Source of the DNA: Candidatus Zambryskiibacteriota bacterium
GTDB lineage: Bacteria > Patescibacteriota > Minisyncoccia > Phycocordibacterales > DATDWN01
Assembly (NCBI GenBank): GCA_003173855.1
Contig: PPGI01000010.1
Span: 1 to 60,303, forward strand
Direction of reading: 5' to 3'
DNA length: 60,303 nucleotides
Each line of letters starts with the position of its first letter. The first letter of the stretch is position 1. A program made the position numbers and the translations under genes. Under the pieces are notes generated by a model. The model did no database searches, had not been told where the DNA came from, and saw only the letters and a list, made by a program, of their open reading frames with translations. This document shows, piece by piece, positions 48,543 through 57,281 of this stretch.

Positions 48543-49484
48543 ATGAGAATAACTGTGCGTCTTGCGGCTATTGTTTTCGTCGCGACATCGGCGTACGGTT
48601 GTGACGCTTGCAAGGAAGAACTTGCTCCAACAGAAACTTCTGAAGTGCATCTATCACAGCCGCTTGTTGTAACTTATGCAGCAGGCGATTTGGCGGAGTG
48701 CTTTCCCGGACATCCGAATAGTGCGTACACTGGAGGACGTTACGGTCACGAACTTGTCGCTGATTTACTCGCGACACTTCGACTGGATGGCGTTTCGCGG
48801 ATTTTCCTTGCACTAGGCGACATCGCTTACTATCAAGGAACACCGGAGCAATTTCTCTGCTACGACAAGTCGTTCGGACGGTTCAAGTCTGCAACGAAAT
48901 TCACACCAGGGAATCACGAGTACCAGCAAGACAAAACGGCTGCTGCCTACTATTCCTACACTGGATTACCGCAGTACTACACTTTTAATCCAGTGGGTGA
49001 TTACTGGCACATTGTTTCTGGTAACTCGAACTTTGTTGGAGCTGAGAAACAATCATACCTTGCCTGGCTGGAAGCTGATTTAAGCCAGAACACTCGACCT
49101 TGCACGCTCGTTTTCTTTCACGAGCCGCGATACTCGTCTGGTGATGTAGACATGTCGACAGTTGCGGATGAGTTCTCAATTCTCTACAAGCATCACGTGA
49201 CGCTTTTACTTTCAGGTCATGATCATGCTTTTGAGAAGTTTCGTCCGATGAATGACAATGGACAAATTGACGAAGCAAATGGTGTTGTCCAGTTTGTAGT
49301 CGGAACCGGTGGAGCAGATCGTGGCCAAAAGAAAAGAAGTATGTCGGCTAGTGAGTTCTGGGACGGACAAGTTCTTGGAGTTCTAGAACTTATTCTTGGT
49401 CCGGGAGATTGGAGCTGGAGATTTGTTCCGGTTCCGGAAACTGGATCAGGATATTCTGGACCGCCTGGTAAATGTCATGGCTAA
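48543..49484 (+). CDS. Calcineurin-like metallophosphoesterase lipoprotein
   Basis: AAGD, LGDIAY, PGNHEY, FFHEP, SGHDH motifs; signal peptide with Cys (YGCD); GC-richer than neighbours. Confidence 0.88.
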   Translation: MRITVRLAAIVFVATSAYGCDACKEELAPTETSEVHLSQPLVVTYAAGDLAECFPGHPNSAYTGGRYGHELVADLLATLRLDGVSRIFLALGDIAYYQGTPEQFLCYDKSFGRFKSATKFTPGNHEYQQDKTAAAYYSYTGLPQYYTFNPVGDYWHIVSGNSNFVGAEKQSYLAWLEADLSQNTRPCTLVFFHEPRYSSGDVDMSTVADEFSILYKHHVTLLLSGHDHAFEKFRPMNDNGQIDEANGVVQFVVGTGGADRGQKKRSMSASEFWDGQVLGVLELILGPGDWSWRFVPVPETGSGYSGPPGKCHG

Positions 49485-49488
49485 AAGT

Positions 49489-49514
49489 AGCGCCGCACGC
49501 ACGCGGCGCTTTTA
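49489..49514 (+). terminator. Intrinsic terminator
   Basis: AGCGCCGC-ACGCAC-GCGGCGCT-TTT. Confidence 0.7.
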
Positions 49515-49556
49515 AATTATAAAAAAATTTGCAATAATTACTTACCGGAGGTTCTT

Positions 49557-49817
49557 ATGCGAGAAAAAGATTTTCCGCCGAAGATTAAGGTTCCAGATGG
49601 TGGTGGGTTGGTGTTCATGCTTTATGGTTACCTTCTTGTCATCGTTGGAGCAATTGTCATCTTGGCAATTGTAACTATCGCTCTTGTCATCGCTGGGTTC
49701 AAATATCTTGCACTGTTCGGTGCAGTTTGTGTTGGTGTTGGACTTGCACTTGCCAATGAAGGAGGTAAGAGATTGAAAAAAGCCAAACTAGAAGAAAAAT
49801 CTAGTAAGGCAGCCTGA
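49557..49817 (+). CDS. Small two-TM hypothetical protein
   Basis: SD ggagg; hydrophobic hairpin; basic C-terminus. Confidence 0.65.
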   Translation: MREKDFPPKIKVPDGGGLVFMLYGYLLVIVGAIVILAIVTIALVIAGFKYLALFGAVCVGVGLALANEGGKRLKKAKLEEKSSKAA

Positions 49818-49854
49818 AGCCGTTGTTGCATGAATTCGCAATAACGGCTTTTTA

Positions 49855-49976
49855 AATTCGAAAAATTTTTGCTTAAGTTCGAGGCGGAATGAGAAAATGT
49901 GAGGAGCCTTACAAAATGTTAGGTGACGAGTATTTTTGAAATTCCAACGATGAAATTAAGCAAAAAGATTCGAATT
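49855..49976 (-). repeat. Palindromic intergenic element, family 1
   Basis: IR aattcgaaaaatttttgcttaa / ttaagcaaaaagattcgaatt overlapping the dnaE stop; reverse complement core ctcgtcacc..tgtaaggctc matches 35686-35712. Confidence 0.8.
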
Positions 49977-52900
49977 ACTCCATTAACTTAACTTTGTCGA
50001 TGAGTACAGACTTCTCGCCATTCCTCATTGAAAAAGTTCCTTTAACAACAATGCAGGATTCTGGAGTTAACAAATCTTCGAATTCTTCAAAAACTTTTGG
50101 AAAAGCAACAGCTTCGATCGTGTCCGTGAGGTCAGCGATTGAGAGAAAGATCATTTTTTCGCCTTTTTTTGTCATTACAGATTTTATTCCTTCAACAATT
50201 CCGCCAAAAACTACACTCTCTCTTTCCTTTCCGTTTTCCTTTAATTTTTTTATATTATTTTCTTTATTTTCAAGTTTTTCTTTAAAACTCTCGAGTGGGT
50301 GACCAGAAATATAAAGGCCAAGCAATTCTTTTTCCCACAACAACTTATCTGCCTCGTTTGATTTCGGAGCGGGTTCAAGTTTTATTTCTGCAGCTTCTGT
50401 TTGTCCTCCAAAAAGTGAGTCTTGTTCTGATTCTTTTGACCTTTCTTCTTTATTAAATGTAAGCAATCGGTCGAGATTGTGAAGTAGAAGTGCTCTGTCT
50501 CCAAATGAATCAAGCGCACCAGCTTTAATCAAAGATTCTAGAGATTTTTTATTTAAATTTTTATCTTTAATTCTAGAAAGAAAGTCTGACAAGCTTTTAA
50601 ATGGTCCATTTGCTTTTCTTTCTTCGATAATTGATGTTGCAACTCCTTCACCGAAATTTTTTATAGTCGTTAATCCAAATCGAATGGAATCAACCTTAAC
50701 ATTTCCGGCAGCGGCAATTTTTCTTGCAGCTTCAGTTCCTGCATGAGCGGAAATCACGCTAAATCCCTCAAACGATTGGTTAACATCTGGAGGAAGTATT
50801 GGAATTTGCATTCGCTTACATTCCTGGATTATTTCAGAAATCATTTCAATATTTCCAGATTCAGCCGTAAGCACAGCAGACATATAAATTGCAGGAAAAT
50901 TAGCTTTCATGTATGCCGTTTGATACGCAACTTTTCCGTAGCTTGCCGCATGAGCTTTGTTGAAACCATAACCTTGGAATGGTTCAAACAATTGCCAAAG
51001 TTCTTCAGCTTTTTGTTTACTCATCCCACCGTGTGTTTGGCAGCCTTCGACGAATTTAACATGTTGCTTTGCCATCTCTTCCGGAATTTTCTTGCCAACA
51101 GCTTTTCTAAATTTATCAACTTCAGCCCAATCATATCCAGCAACGTGAATTGCAGTCATCAAAAGGTCGTCTTGATAAACTAGAACTCCATAAGTTCTGT
51201 CCAAAAAGTCTTTCATTTTTGGATGCAAATATATCACTTTTTTCTTGCCATGTTTCCGCTCAATGTACTCTTTGATGTTATCCATTGGGCCAGGACGATA
51301 AAGTGCTACCATCACATTGATATCGTGAATTGTTGTTGGAATAAGTTCTTTTAGTGCTCGTGTCATCCCATCGCCATTTAACTGGAAAAGTCCGACAGTT
51401 TCTCCGCGCGCAAGCATTTCATATGTTTTTTTATCATCGACTGGAATATTTTCAATGTCTATTTTTACTCCTTCAATTTTTTGAGTAATTTTTACTGCAT
51501 CAGCAAGGATTGAAAGGTTTCTAATTCCAAGAAAATCAAATTTCAGAAGTCCGACGCCATCTTCTCCAACAGAGTGCATATCGTATTGGGTGATAATTTT
51601 ATGCTGTCCATTTTCTTGGCCCTTGGTATCGTATTGAAGCGGTACATAGTCTGTAAGCGGCGTAGGAGAAATCACCACGCCTGCAGCATGTACACTGATG
51701 TGACGGGCACAACCTTCGATTTTTTTAGCCATGTCAATAATCGTTTTTACATCAGCTTCTGTCTCATATCGTGATTTTAATTCCGGTTCTTCTTTCATTG
51801 CTCGGTCAATAGTCATTGGAAAACCCTGTGCTCCCATCGGAATAAGTTTGGCAATCGAATCACCGAGTGTATAAGGAAATCCAAGAGCACGAGTAACATC
51901 ACGTACAGATCCGCGAGCCATCATCGTACCGAATGTACCAATTTGGGCGACTTTATCGAGCCCATATTTTGAACGAGCATAATCGATCATTTCGTCTCGG
52001 CGATTATCGGCAAAATCCATATCAATATCAGGAGCTGAAGGGCGAAATGGATTTAGGAATCTTTCAAATGGTAAATTGTATTCAATCGGGTTTACGTTTG
52101 TAATTCCCGCAAGATAGGTGACAAGAGAACCGGCAACCGAACCTCGAATAGTGGTTAGGATTCCGTGCTCATGGGCATAACGGAGAAGATCAGCTACAAC
52201 TAAAAAATAAGTTGCATAACCTTTATCTTCGATAACTTTTAATTCGTACTCCATTCGTTCTATAATTTCAGGAGTTTTTTTTAATTTTCTTTTTTCTAAA
52301 CCATCATTGACGAATTTTCGAAACTCCTTGTCATATGTTGAATTTTTTGGAATCGGAAAGTTTGGCATGAACCATTTGCCGATTGAAATTTCCAAATTAC
52401 ATCTGTCTGCAATTTTTTGATTATTTTCCAGAGCTTCAGGTAAATCCTTAAAATATTCTTTAGCTTTTTTTCCAGATATAAAAGAAAAATCCTCATCTTT
52501 AATTTCTATTTTTTCATCATTTTGAGCTTGAATTGCAATCAATGTTTGTCTTGCCACTCTGTCTTCTGGAGAAATGTAGTAAACATCATGTGAAGCGACA
52601 ACTTGCATTTTGTTTTCTTTTACAAAGATCTGGATCTTTCTCATATCTTCGTCATGACCTTTAATTTCTGGGTGATGTGTAATTTCAAAAAAGAAATTAT
52701 CTTTACCAAAAGTTTTTTTGTACCAAGAAAGTCTTTCATTAGCTTGATCAAAATTTGCAAGTTTAAGGGATTGTAGAATATCGGATGAAAAGGATGGAAG
52801 AATTGCAATTAATCCTTCGTTGTATTTTTCAAGTAATTCTCGATCAATTCGAGGTTTATAATAAAAACCTTCAAGATGTGCCAAAGTCACAAGTTGAATC

Positions 52901-53208
52901 AAGTTTTTATAACCAGTCTCATTCTCTGCTAGCAAAACTAATCTGTAACGCTCTTTATCAATTCCTGCTTGCTTATCAAGGCGTGACCTAGAAGCAAGAT
53001 AAGCATCAATTCCGATAATTGGTTTGATTTCTTTTTTCTTACAAGCTTCAAAAAATTCAATTGCTCCGTATAAATTGCAATTGTCAGTTAAGGCGAGTGC
53101 TGACATTTCATTTTTCTTCGCTTCGTTTACTAATGCATCAATTTTTGGTAGCGCGTTTAAAAGAGAATAGTGGGAATGCACATGTAAATGACTAAACTTC
53201 TTAGACAT
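49975..53208 (-). CDS. dnaE: DNA polymerase III alpha subunit
   Basis: HLHVHS PHP start, RGSVAGSL, PDIDMDF, HAAGVVI, KFDFLG, YGFNKAH, OB-fold C-terminus. Confidence 0.97.
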   Translation of the reverse strand: MSKKFSHLHVHSHYSLLNALPKIDALVNEAKKNEMSALALTDNCNLYGAIEFFEACKKKEIKPIIGIDAYLASRSRLDKQAGIDKERYRLVLLAENETGYKNLIQLVTLAHLEGFYYKPRIDRELLEKYNEGLIAILPSFSSDILQSLKLANFDQANERLSWYKKTFGKDNFFFEITHHPEIKGHDEDMRKIQIFVKENKMQVVASHDVYYISPEDRVARQTLIAIQAQNDEKIEIKDEDFSFISGKKAKEYFKDLPEALENNQKIADRCNLEISIGKWFMPNFPIPKNSTYDKEFRKFVNDGLEKRKLKKTPEIIERMEYELKVIEDKGYATYFLVVADLLRYAHEHGILTTIRGSVAGSLVTYLAGITNVNPIEYNLPFERFLNPFRPSAPDIDMDFADNRRDEMIDYARSKYGLDKVAQIGTFGTMMARGSVRDVTRALGFPYTLGDSIAKLIPMGAQGFPMTIDRAMKEEPELKSRYETEADVKTIIDMAKKIEGCARHISVHAAGVVISPTPLTDYVPLQYDTKGQENGQHKIITQYDMHSVGEDGVGLLKFDFLGIRNLSILADAVKITQKIEGVKIDIENIPVDDKKTYEMLARGETVGLFQLNGDGMTRALKELIPTTIHDINVMVALYRPGPMDNIKEYIERKHGKKKVIYLHPKMKDFLDRTYGVLVYQDDLLMTAIHVAGYDWAEVDKFRKAVGKKIPEEMAKQHVKFVEGCQTHGGMSKQKAEELWQLFEPFQGYGFNKAHAASYGKVAYQTAYMKANFPAIYMSAVLTAESGNIEMISEIIQECKRMQIPILPPDVNQSFEGFSVISAHAGTEAARKIAAAGNVKVDSIRFGLTTIKNFGEGVATSIIEERKANGPFKSLSDFLSRIKDKNLNKKSLESLIKAGALDSFGDRALLLHNLDRLLTFNKEERSKESEQDSLFGGQTEAAEIKLEPAPKSNEADKLLWEKELLGLYISGHPLESFKEKLENKENNIKKLKENGKERESVVFGGIVEGIKSVMTKKGEKMIFLSIADLTDTIEAVAFPKVFEEFEDLLTPESCIVVKGTFSMRNGEKSVLIDKVKLME

Positions 53209-53308
53209 ATTTTGGCTATTATATCACGCAATATTTAAATCAACTTCGATTGACTAAATCGATTTTTTCGGTCAAAATACCTATCAGAACCTCATTCGTG
53301 GAGGACAC

Positions 53309-53530
53309 ATGCTTCGAGTTGTTGAAACAGTGGTTATTACAATCGTTTGGGCAGTTTGGGGTGCTCCAGGTGCAGTGTTTTTTATCCATCTCATTCGTGG
53401 ACCAAAGAAGAAAAAGGAACCTTCGTATTTGTTTCTTTTTGTTCTCTATGTCTTCACGATGATCAGCAGACCATCTGCCTCGAGACCACGCCTAGTGTGG
53501 CCGCCCGAAAAAAGTAAACAGATCCACTAG
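53309..53530 (+). CDS. Small membrane hypothetical protein
   Basis: SD ggagg; two hydrophobic segments; terminator AGAGCCGC/GCGGCTCT at 53537-53559. Confidence 0.55.
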   Translation: MLRVVETVVITIVWAVWGAPGAVFFIHLIRGPKKKKEPSYLFLFVLYVFTMISRPSASRPRLVWPPEKSKQIH

Positions 53531-53579
53531 GATTTGAGAGCCGCGCGTGCGGCTCTTTTCGTTATGATAAAATATTTGT

Positions 53580-54173
53580 ATGAGTTTTATTGTCGGAATT
53601 GATGAAGTTGGACGAGGACCTTTGGCTGGTCCGGTTTCGGTTGGCATTGTTTTGTGTGCAGAAGAAATTTATCCACATCTTCGGCTTCTTCGGTCACTTC
53701 CAAAACAAGGGATAGATTCTAAAAAACTCCTGCCAGAAGAACGTGAAGAGTATTCTCTAGTTTTAAAAAATTTGAGAGACGAAGGAAAAATTTCGTATTC
53801 AATTGTTCATATTTCAAATCAAATTATCGATGAGAAGGGATTAACTTTTGCGATTAAAAAAGCAATTAATACTGGCATTAAACTTTTAAATATTTCTTGT
53901 GATTGCCAAGTTTTGCTGGATGGGGGACTTCGACTTCCAAAAAAATTCAAACTTCAAAAAACAATAATTCGAGGTGATGAAAAAGAGAAAATAATAGCTT
54001 GGGCTTCAATTCTCGCTAAAGTCGCTCGTGACAATATAATGTGTGAACATGCCAAAACATTTCCTCAATATGGCTTTGAATATCATAAGGGTTACGCGAC
54101 TAGACAACACTTCGAAGCTATTTATGAACATGGCCTCTCAGATATACACAGGAAGAGTTGGAAAATCATTTGA
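53580..54173 (+). CDS. rnhB: Ribonuclease HII
   Basis: GIDEVGRGPLAGPV, DSKKL, LDG, IIRGD, ASILAKV.RD, HKGY. Confidence 0.95.
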   Translation: MSFIVGIDEVGRGPLAGPVSVGIVLCAEEIYPHLRLLRSLPKQGIDSKKLLPEEREEYSLVLKNLRDEGKISYSIVHISNQIIDEKGLTFAIKKAINTGIKLLNISCDCQVLLDGGLRLPKKFKLQKTIIRGDEKEKIIAWASILAKVARDNIMCEHAKTFPQYGFEYHKGYATRQHFEAIYEHGLSDIHRKSWKII

Positions 54174-54216
54174 CTTTCATAATATTTGTGTTACCCTTCA
54201 ATCAGAGAGGCAGATA

Positions 54217-54750
54217 ATGTACAGAGAGATTCCGGGGATCGACACCTATGTTTTCAGCATCATTCACCGAGTGAGTGATGCGAGAGAGACAGAGGTTCTT
54301 GTCCAAGCGGAACGCTCTGTAAATGAGCGTTACGCACATATTGGCACACGGATCAAGTTTCCAGGCGGTCGCTACGAAGTTTTTGATGGCGATCTCATCC
54401 AAGCAGTTCGTCGAGAAAATGTCCAGGAAACCGGGCTACTTCTTAAGGAAGATGCCAAAGTTGAGCAACTCATGAAGTACCTTAAGCTGAAACAGCTTCG
54501 GATTTTCTTTCTTATCGAGTTCAATCAGTTCGAGGGAAAAATTCGAACTGGAGAACCGATACGAGACGGGGGGTCCTTAATCGCACCTCCTAAATGGATG
54601 ACGCTTCAGGCTCTCCAGGTGGAGATCCAAGAAAAGCGAATGCAACATACCCACGAACCTGGACTTGTAGCGGCTGCTCGTCGGCTTGCACAGCTTGGTT
54701 TGCTTAAAACAGGATCATCACCTCACCGGACGACATTGAGTCGTCCATAA
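54217..54750 (+). CDS. NUDIX-fold protein (orphan)
   Basis: KFPGGRYE..DGDL..AVRRE..QETGL; SD gagg; GC-richer. Confidence 0.7.
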   Translation: MYREIPGIDTYVFSIIHRVSDARETEVLVQAERSVNERYAHIGTRIKFPGGRYEVFDGDLIQAVRRENVQETGLLLKEDAKVEQLMKYLKLKQLRIFFLIEFNQFEGKIRTGEPIRDGGSLIAPPKWMTLQALQVEIQEKRMQHTHEPGLVAAARRLAQLGLLKTGSSPHRTTLSRP

Positions 54751-54830
54751 CAACGCCGGTCACAATTTGGCTGGCGTTTTTCTTTGCTTAAACTTGATTT
54801 TTTTAGAAGTTTTGGTAATGTAAACACACT

Positions 54831-55058
54831 ATGGTTGTACGAATGCGTAGTACAAAAAGTCACCGAAACAACAGGCGTTCACATGACGCTTTGTCTTTTC
54901 CGTCTGTCACAATGGATAAAAATACTAATGTGCCACATTTACGACACCGAGCATCTCTTGTTACTGGCGAATATCGTGGACGAACAGTTATCGATCTTCA
55001 AGCTAAGTTGGAAAAGAAAGCTAAGAAACAAAAACAAGCTCGTTCAGAGGGAAGATAA
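54831..55058 (+). CDS. rpmF: 50S ribosomal protein L32 (Cys-free)
   Basis: TKSHRNNRRSHDAL, HLRHRA..TGEYRG. Confidence 0.88.
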   Translation: MVVRMRSTKSHRNNRRSHDALSFPSVTMDKNTNVPHLRHRASLVTGEYRGRTVIDLQAKLEKKAKKQKQARSEGR

Positions 55059-55105
55059 TAGTGGAGTTTTTTTGAACTTGGTGTATACTGTGGTCAAGAG
55101 TTCTT

Positions 55106-56017
55106 ATGGCAAACAGGCACCTTTCGAGATCAATAGTTCTCCAGTCACTTTTCGAATGGGATTTTTGTCAAAAAAATTCCAAAGAAGCACATGATATTTT
55201 TGTGCGCAATGCAAAGGAATTCGCTCCAGGGATGAGCGACTTTTCGTTTATGGAAAATCTTGTTAAAGGAGTTTTAGAAAAACAAAAAGATATTGATTTG
55301 ATTATTGAAAAGGCTGCTCCAGATTGGCCGATTGCAAAAATTTCAATAATTGACCGAAATATTTTGAGGATTGGTTTGTTTGAGCTTCTTTTTGCCGACA
55401 GAACTCAAGTGCCGCCAAAAGTTGCCATCAATGAAGCCATTGAACTTTCAAAAACTTTTGGTGGAGAAACTTCTTCGAAATTTGTTAACGGAGTTTTAGG
55501 TGCAGTTTACAAAGAACTTGGTGAACCAGGAAAAGATGAGACATCGAAGGGGAAAACTGCTGGGCCTGTTCCAGTACAATATCTTGGTGGAGCAGTAGTT
55601 TTTGCTCGAGACAAAGATGACATTTATCTTGCGTTAGTTCACGATGTTTTCGGTCGCTGGACTCTATCAAAAGGAAAAATAGAGGAAGGAGAAAATATTG
55701 AAGAGGGTACAATTCGAGAGATTAAAGAAGAGCTAGGAATTGATATTAAAATCAAAGAAAAGTTGGGAGACAATGAGTACGTTGCATATCATCCGGAAAA
55801 GGGAAAGATGAAAAAACATGTTACATACTTTTTGGCTGAATCAAAGTTTGTCGATCTTATACCAGAGAAAAAAGGAGGGCTCGATGACGTGAGGTGGTTT
55901 AAACTTTCTGATATCCTTGACCTTAACTTTTATAATGATATTCTCCCATTAATAACAAAGGCGATTAATATATTAGTGAAGAAAGATGATCAATCGTCAA
56001 AGCGAGCTGTATCTTAA
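55106..56017 (+). CDS. nusB: NusB fused to C-terminal NUDIX hydrolase
   Basis: RHLSR...QSLF, W...I..IDRNILR, VAINEAIELSK.FG, FVNGVLG; then WTLSKGKIEEGE..IREIKEELG. Confidence 0.92.
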   Translation: MANRHLSRSIVLQSLFEWDFCQKNSKEAHDIFVRNAKEFAPGMSDFSFMENLVKGVLEKQKDIDLIIEKAAPDWPIAKISIIDRNILRIGLFELLFADRTQVPPKVAINEAIELSKTFGGETSSKFVNGVLGAVYKELGEPGKDETSKGKTAGPVPVQYLGGAVVFARDKDDIYLALVHDVFGRWTLSKGKIEEGENIEEGTIREIKEELGIDIKIKEKLGDNEYVAYHPEKGKMKKHVTYFLAESKFVDLIPEKKGGLDDVRWFKLSDILDLNFYNDILPLITKAINILVKKDDQSSKRAVS

Positions 56018-56142
56018 AAAGAGACTTCGCAGGCCGAGAGCTCGGTCTTGTCAACGTCCGGCTTGCTGGCTCATTGACAAGTCGGAGAGCCGAGAACAAG
56101 TTAGCAAAGCGCTGGCGGAGCGAACGGTTTCTTTTTAAGATA
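56010..56142. repeat. Palindromic intergenic element (family 3), GC-rich interior
   Basis: IR TATCTTAAAAAGAGAC / GTTTCTTTTTAAGATA (15 of 16) overlapping the nusB stop; internal cttgtcaa/ttgacaag hairpin. Confidence 0.8.
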
Positions 56143-56157
56143 TAGCGAGTGATTTAA

Positions 56158-56850
56158 ATGGAATTATCAGATTTCGAAAAAAAAATAGGAATTAAATTTA
56201 AAGATGAAGGGCTTTTAACTCAAGCTTTTGTTCACCGTTCTTATATAAATGAAAACAAAAGTTCAGGACTAGAAAACAATGAGCGTTTAGAATTTTTAGG
56301 TGACGCAGTGCTTGAACTTGTTATAACTGATTTTTTGTACAAAAAATATCCAAATAAATCAGAAGGTGATTTGACGGCTTACAGGAGCGCTCTTGTTAAT
56401 GCAGATACTTGCGCTGAAATTGCAAAAAAAATTGGCATGGAATCACACCTGCTTTTATCAAAAGGCGAGTCGAAGGACAAAGGTCGTGCGCGACAGTATA
56501 TTTTAGCCAATGCTCTTGAGGCCTTGATTGGGGCAATTTATCTTGATCAAGAATATGATGTTGCAAAAAAGTTTATTGAAAAACATTTTACACCTCTGAT
56601 TGATGAAATAGTTTCCGGAAAAACATTTATTGATGCCAAAAGTTTGTTTCAGGAAAAAGCACAAGAATTTGACGGAGTTACTCCAACATATAAAACTGTT
56701 AAAGAATCAGGACCAGATCATGAAAAAAGATTTACAGTTGGTGTTTATGTTGGCAAAGAGTTGGTAGCGACTGGAGAAGGTGAATCAAAACAGGATGCTG
56801 AACAGCAAGCAGCCCGCGATGCCTTGTTGAAGAGAGGTTGGAGTGTATAA
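56158..56850 (+). CDS. rnc: Ribonuclease III
   Basis: NNERLEFLGDAVLEL signature, EALIGAIYLD, dsRBD (GPDHEK.F). Confidence 0.97.
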   Translation: MELSDFEKKIGIKFKDEGLLTQAFVHRSYINENKSSGLENNERLEFLGDAVLELVITDFLYKKYPNKSEGDLTAYRSALVNADTCAEIAKKIGMESHLLLSKGESKDKGRARQYILANALEALIGAIYLDQEYDVAKKFIEKHFTPLIDEIVSGKTFIDAKSLFQEKAQEFDGVTPTYKTVKESGPDHEKRFTVGVYVGKELVATGEGESKQDAEQQAARDALLKRGWSV

Positions 56851-56865
56851 ATCGAAAGGTCCGCT

Positions 56866-57237
56866 TTACGCGGACCCCTTTCTTGCTTGCCCCATTACAA
56901 GTGCATCACTGATTGAGAGTGGTGTATCGACATGGTGTATTTCGATTTCTACTCCCATTTGAGTTGCAGTTTTAGCAATAGTACGCAAAAACTCATGACC
57001 ACACTGAATGCGATCGCTATAAGCTGCGTCAGTACATGTACCACGAAGAATGCTTATGAATTCTCCAGCGGCAGAACCTGCAAATTCGAGAATATGCAAT
57101 TCTGACAATTCTCGTTCTCTCCACCTTATATCGTGAACTTCGTTTGGCCAAAGATCGAGAAAACTAAGGGCCATGTAGTTTGAATTTTCTTCAACCCATT
57201 TTCCTAGAGCATCGTAAAACTCGCCAAAAGTGGCCAT
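56866..57237 (-). CDS. Hypothetical protein (orphan)
   Basis: SD ggagg; hairpin TCCGC/GCGGA at its 3' end. Confidence 0.6.
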   Translation of the reverse strand: MATFGEFYDALGKWVEENSNYMALSFLDLWPNEVHDIRWRERELSELHILEFAGSAAGEFISILRGTCTDAAYSDRIQCGHEFLRTIAKTATQMGVEIEIHHVDTPLSISDALVMGQARKGSA

Positions 57238-57281
57238 AAACCCTCCGTTTTTAGCTTAGCAAATGATATAATTAACTCCAA

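Noticed and set aside
48281-48650. Track ORFs 48281-48502, 48398-48613, 48447-48650
   Set aside because: Replaced by the SD-led 48306-48467 ORF that ends at a hairpin; the others cross terminators or real genes
21934-53208. Inteins or introns in nrdA, gyrB, dnaE
   Set aside because: ORFs are continuous and of expected size, with no splice motifs or homing endonuclease
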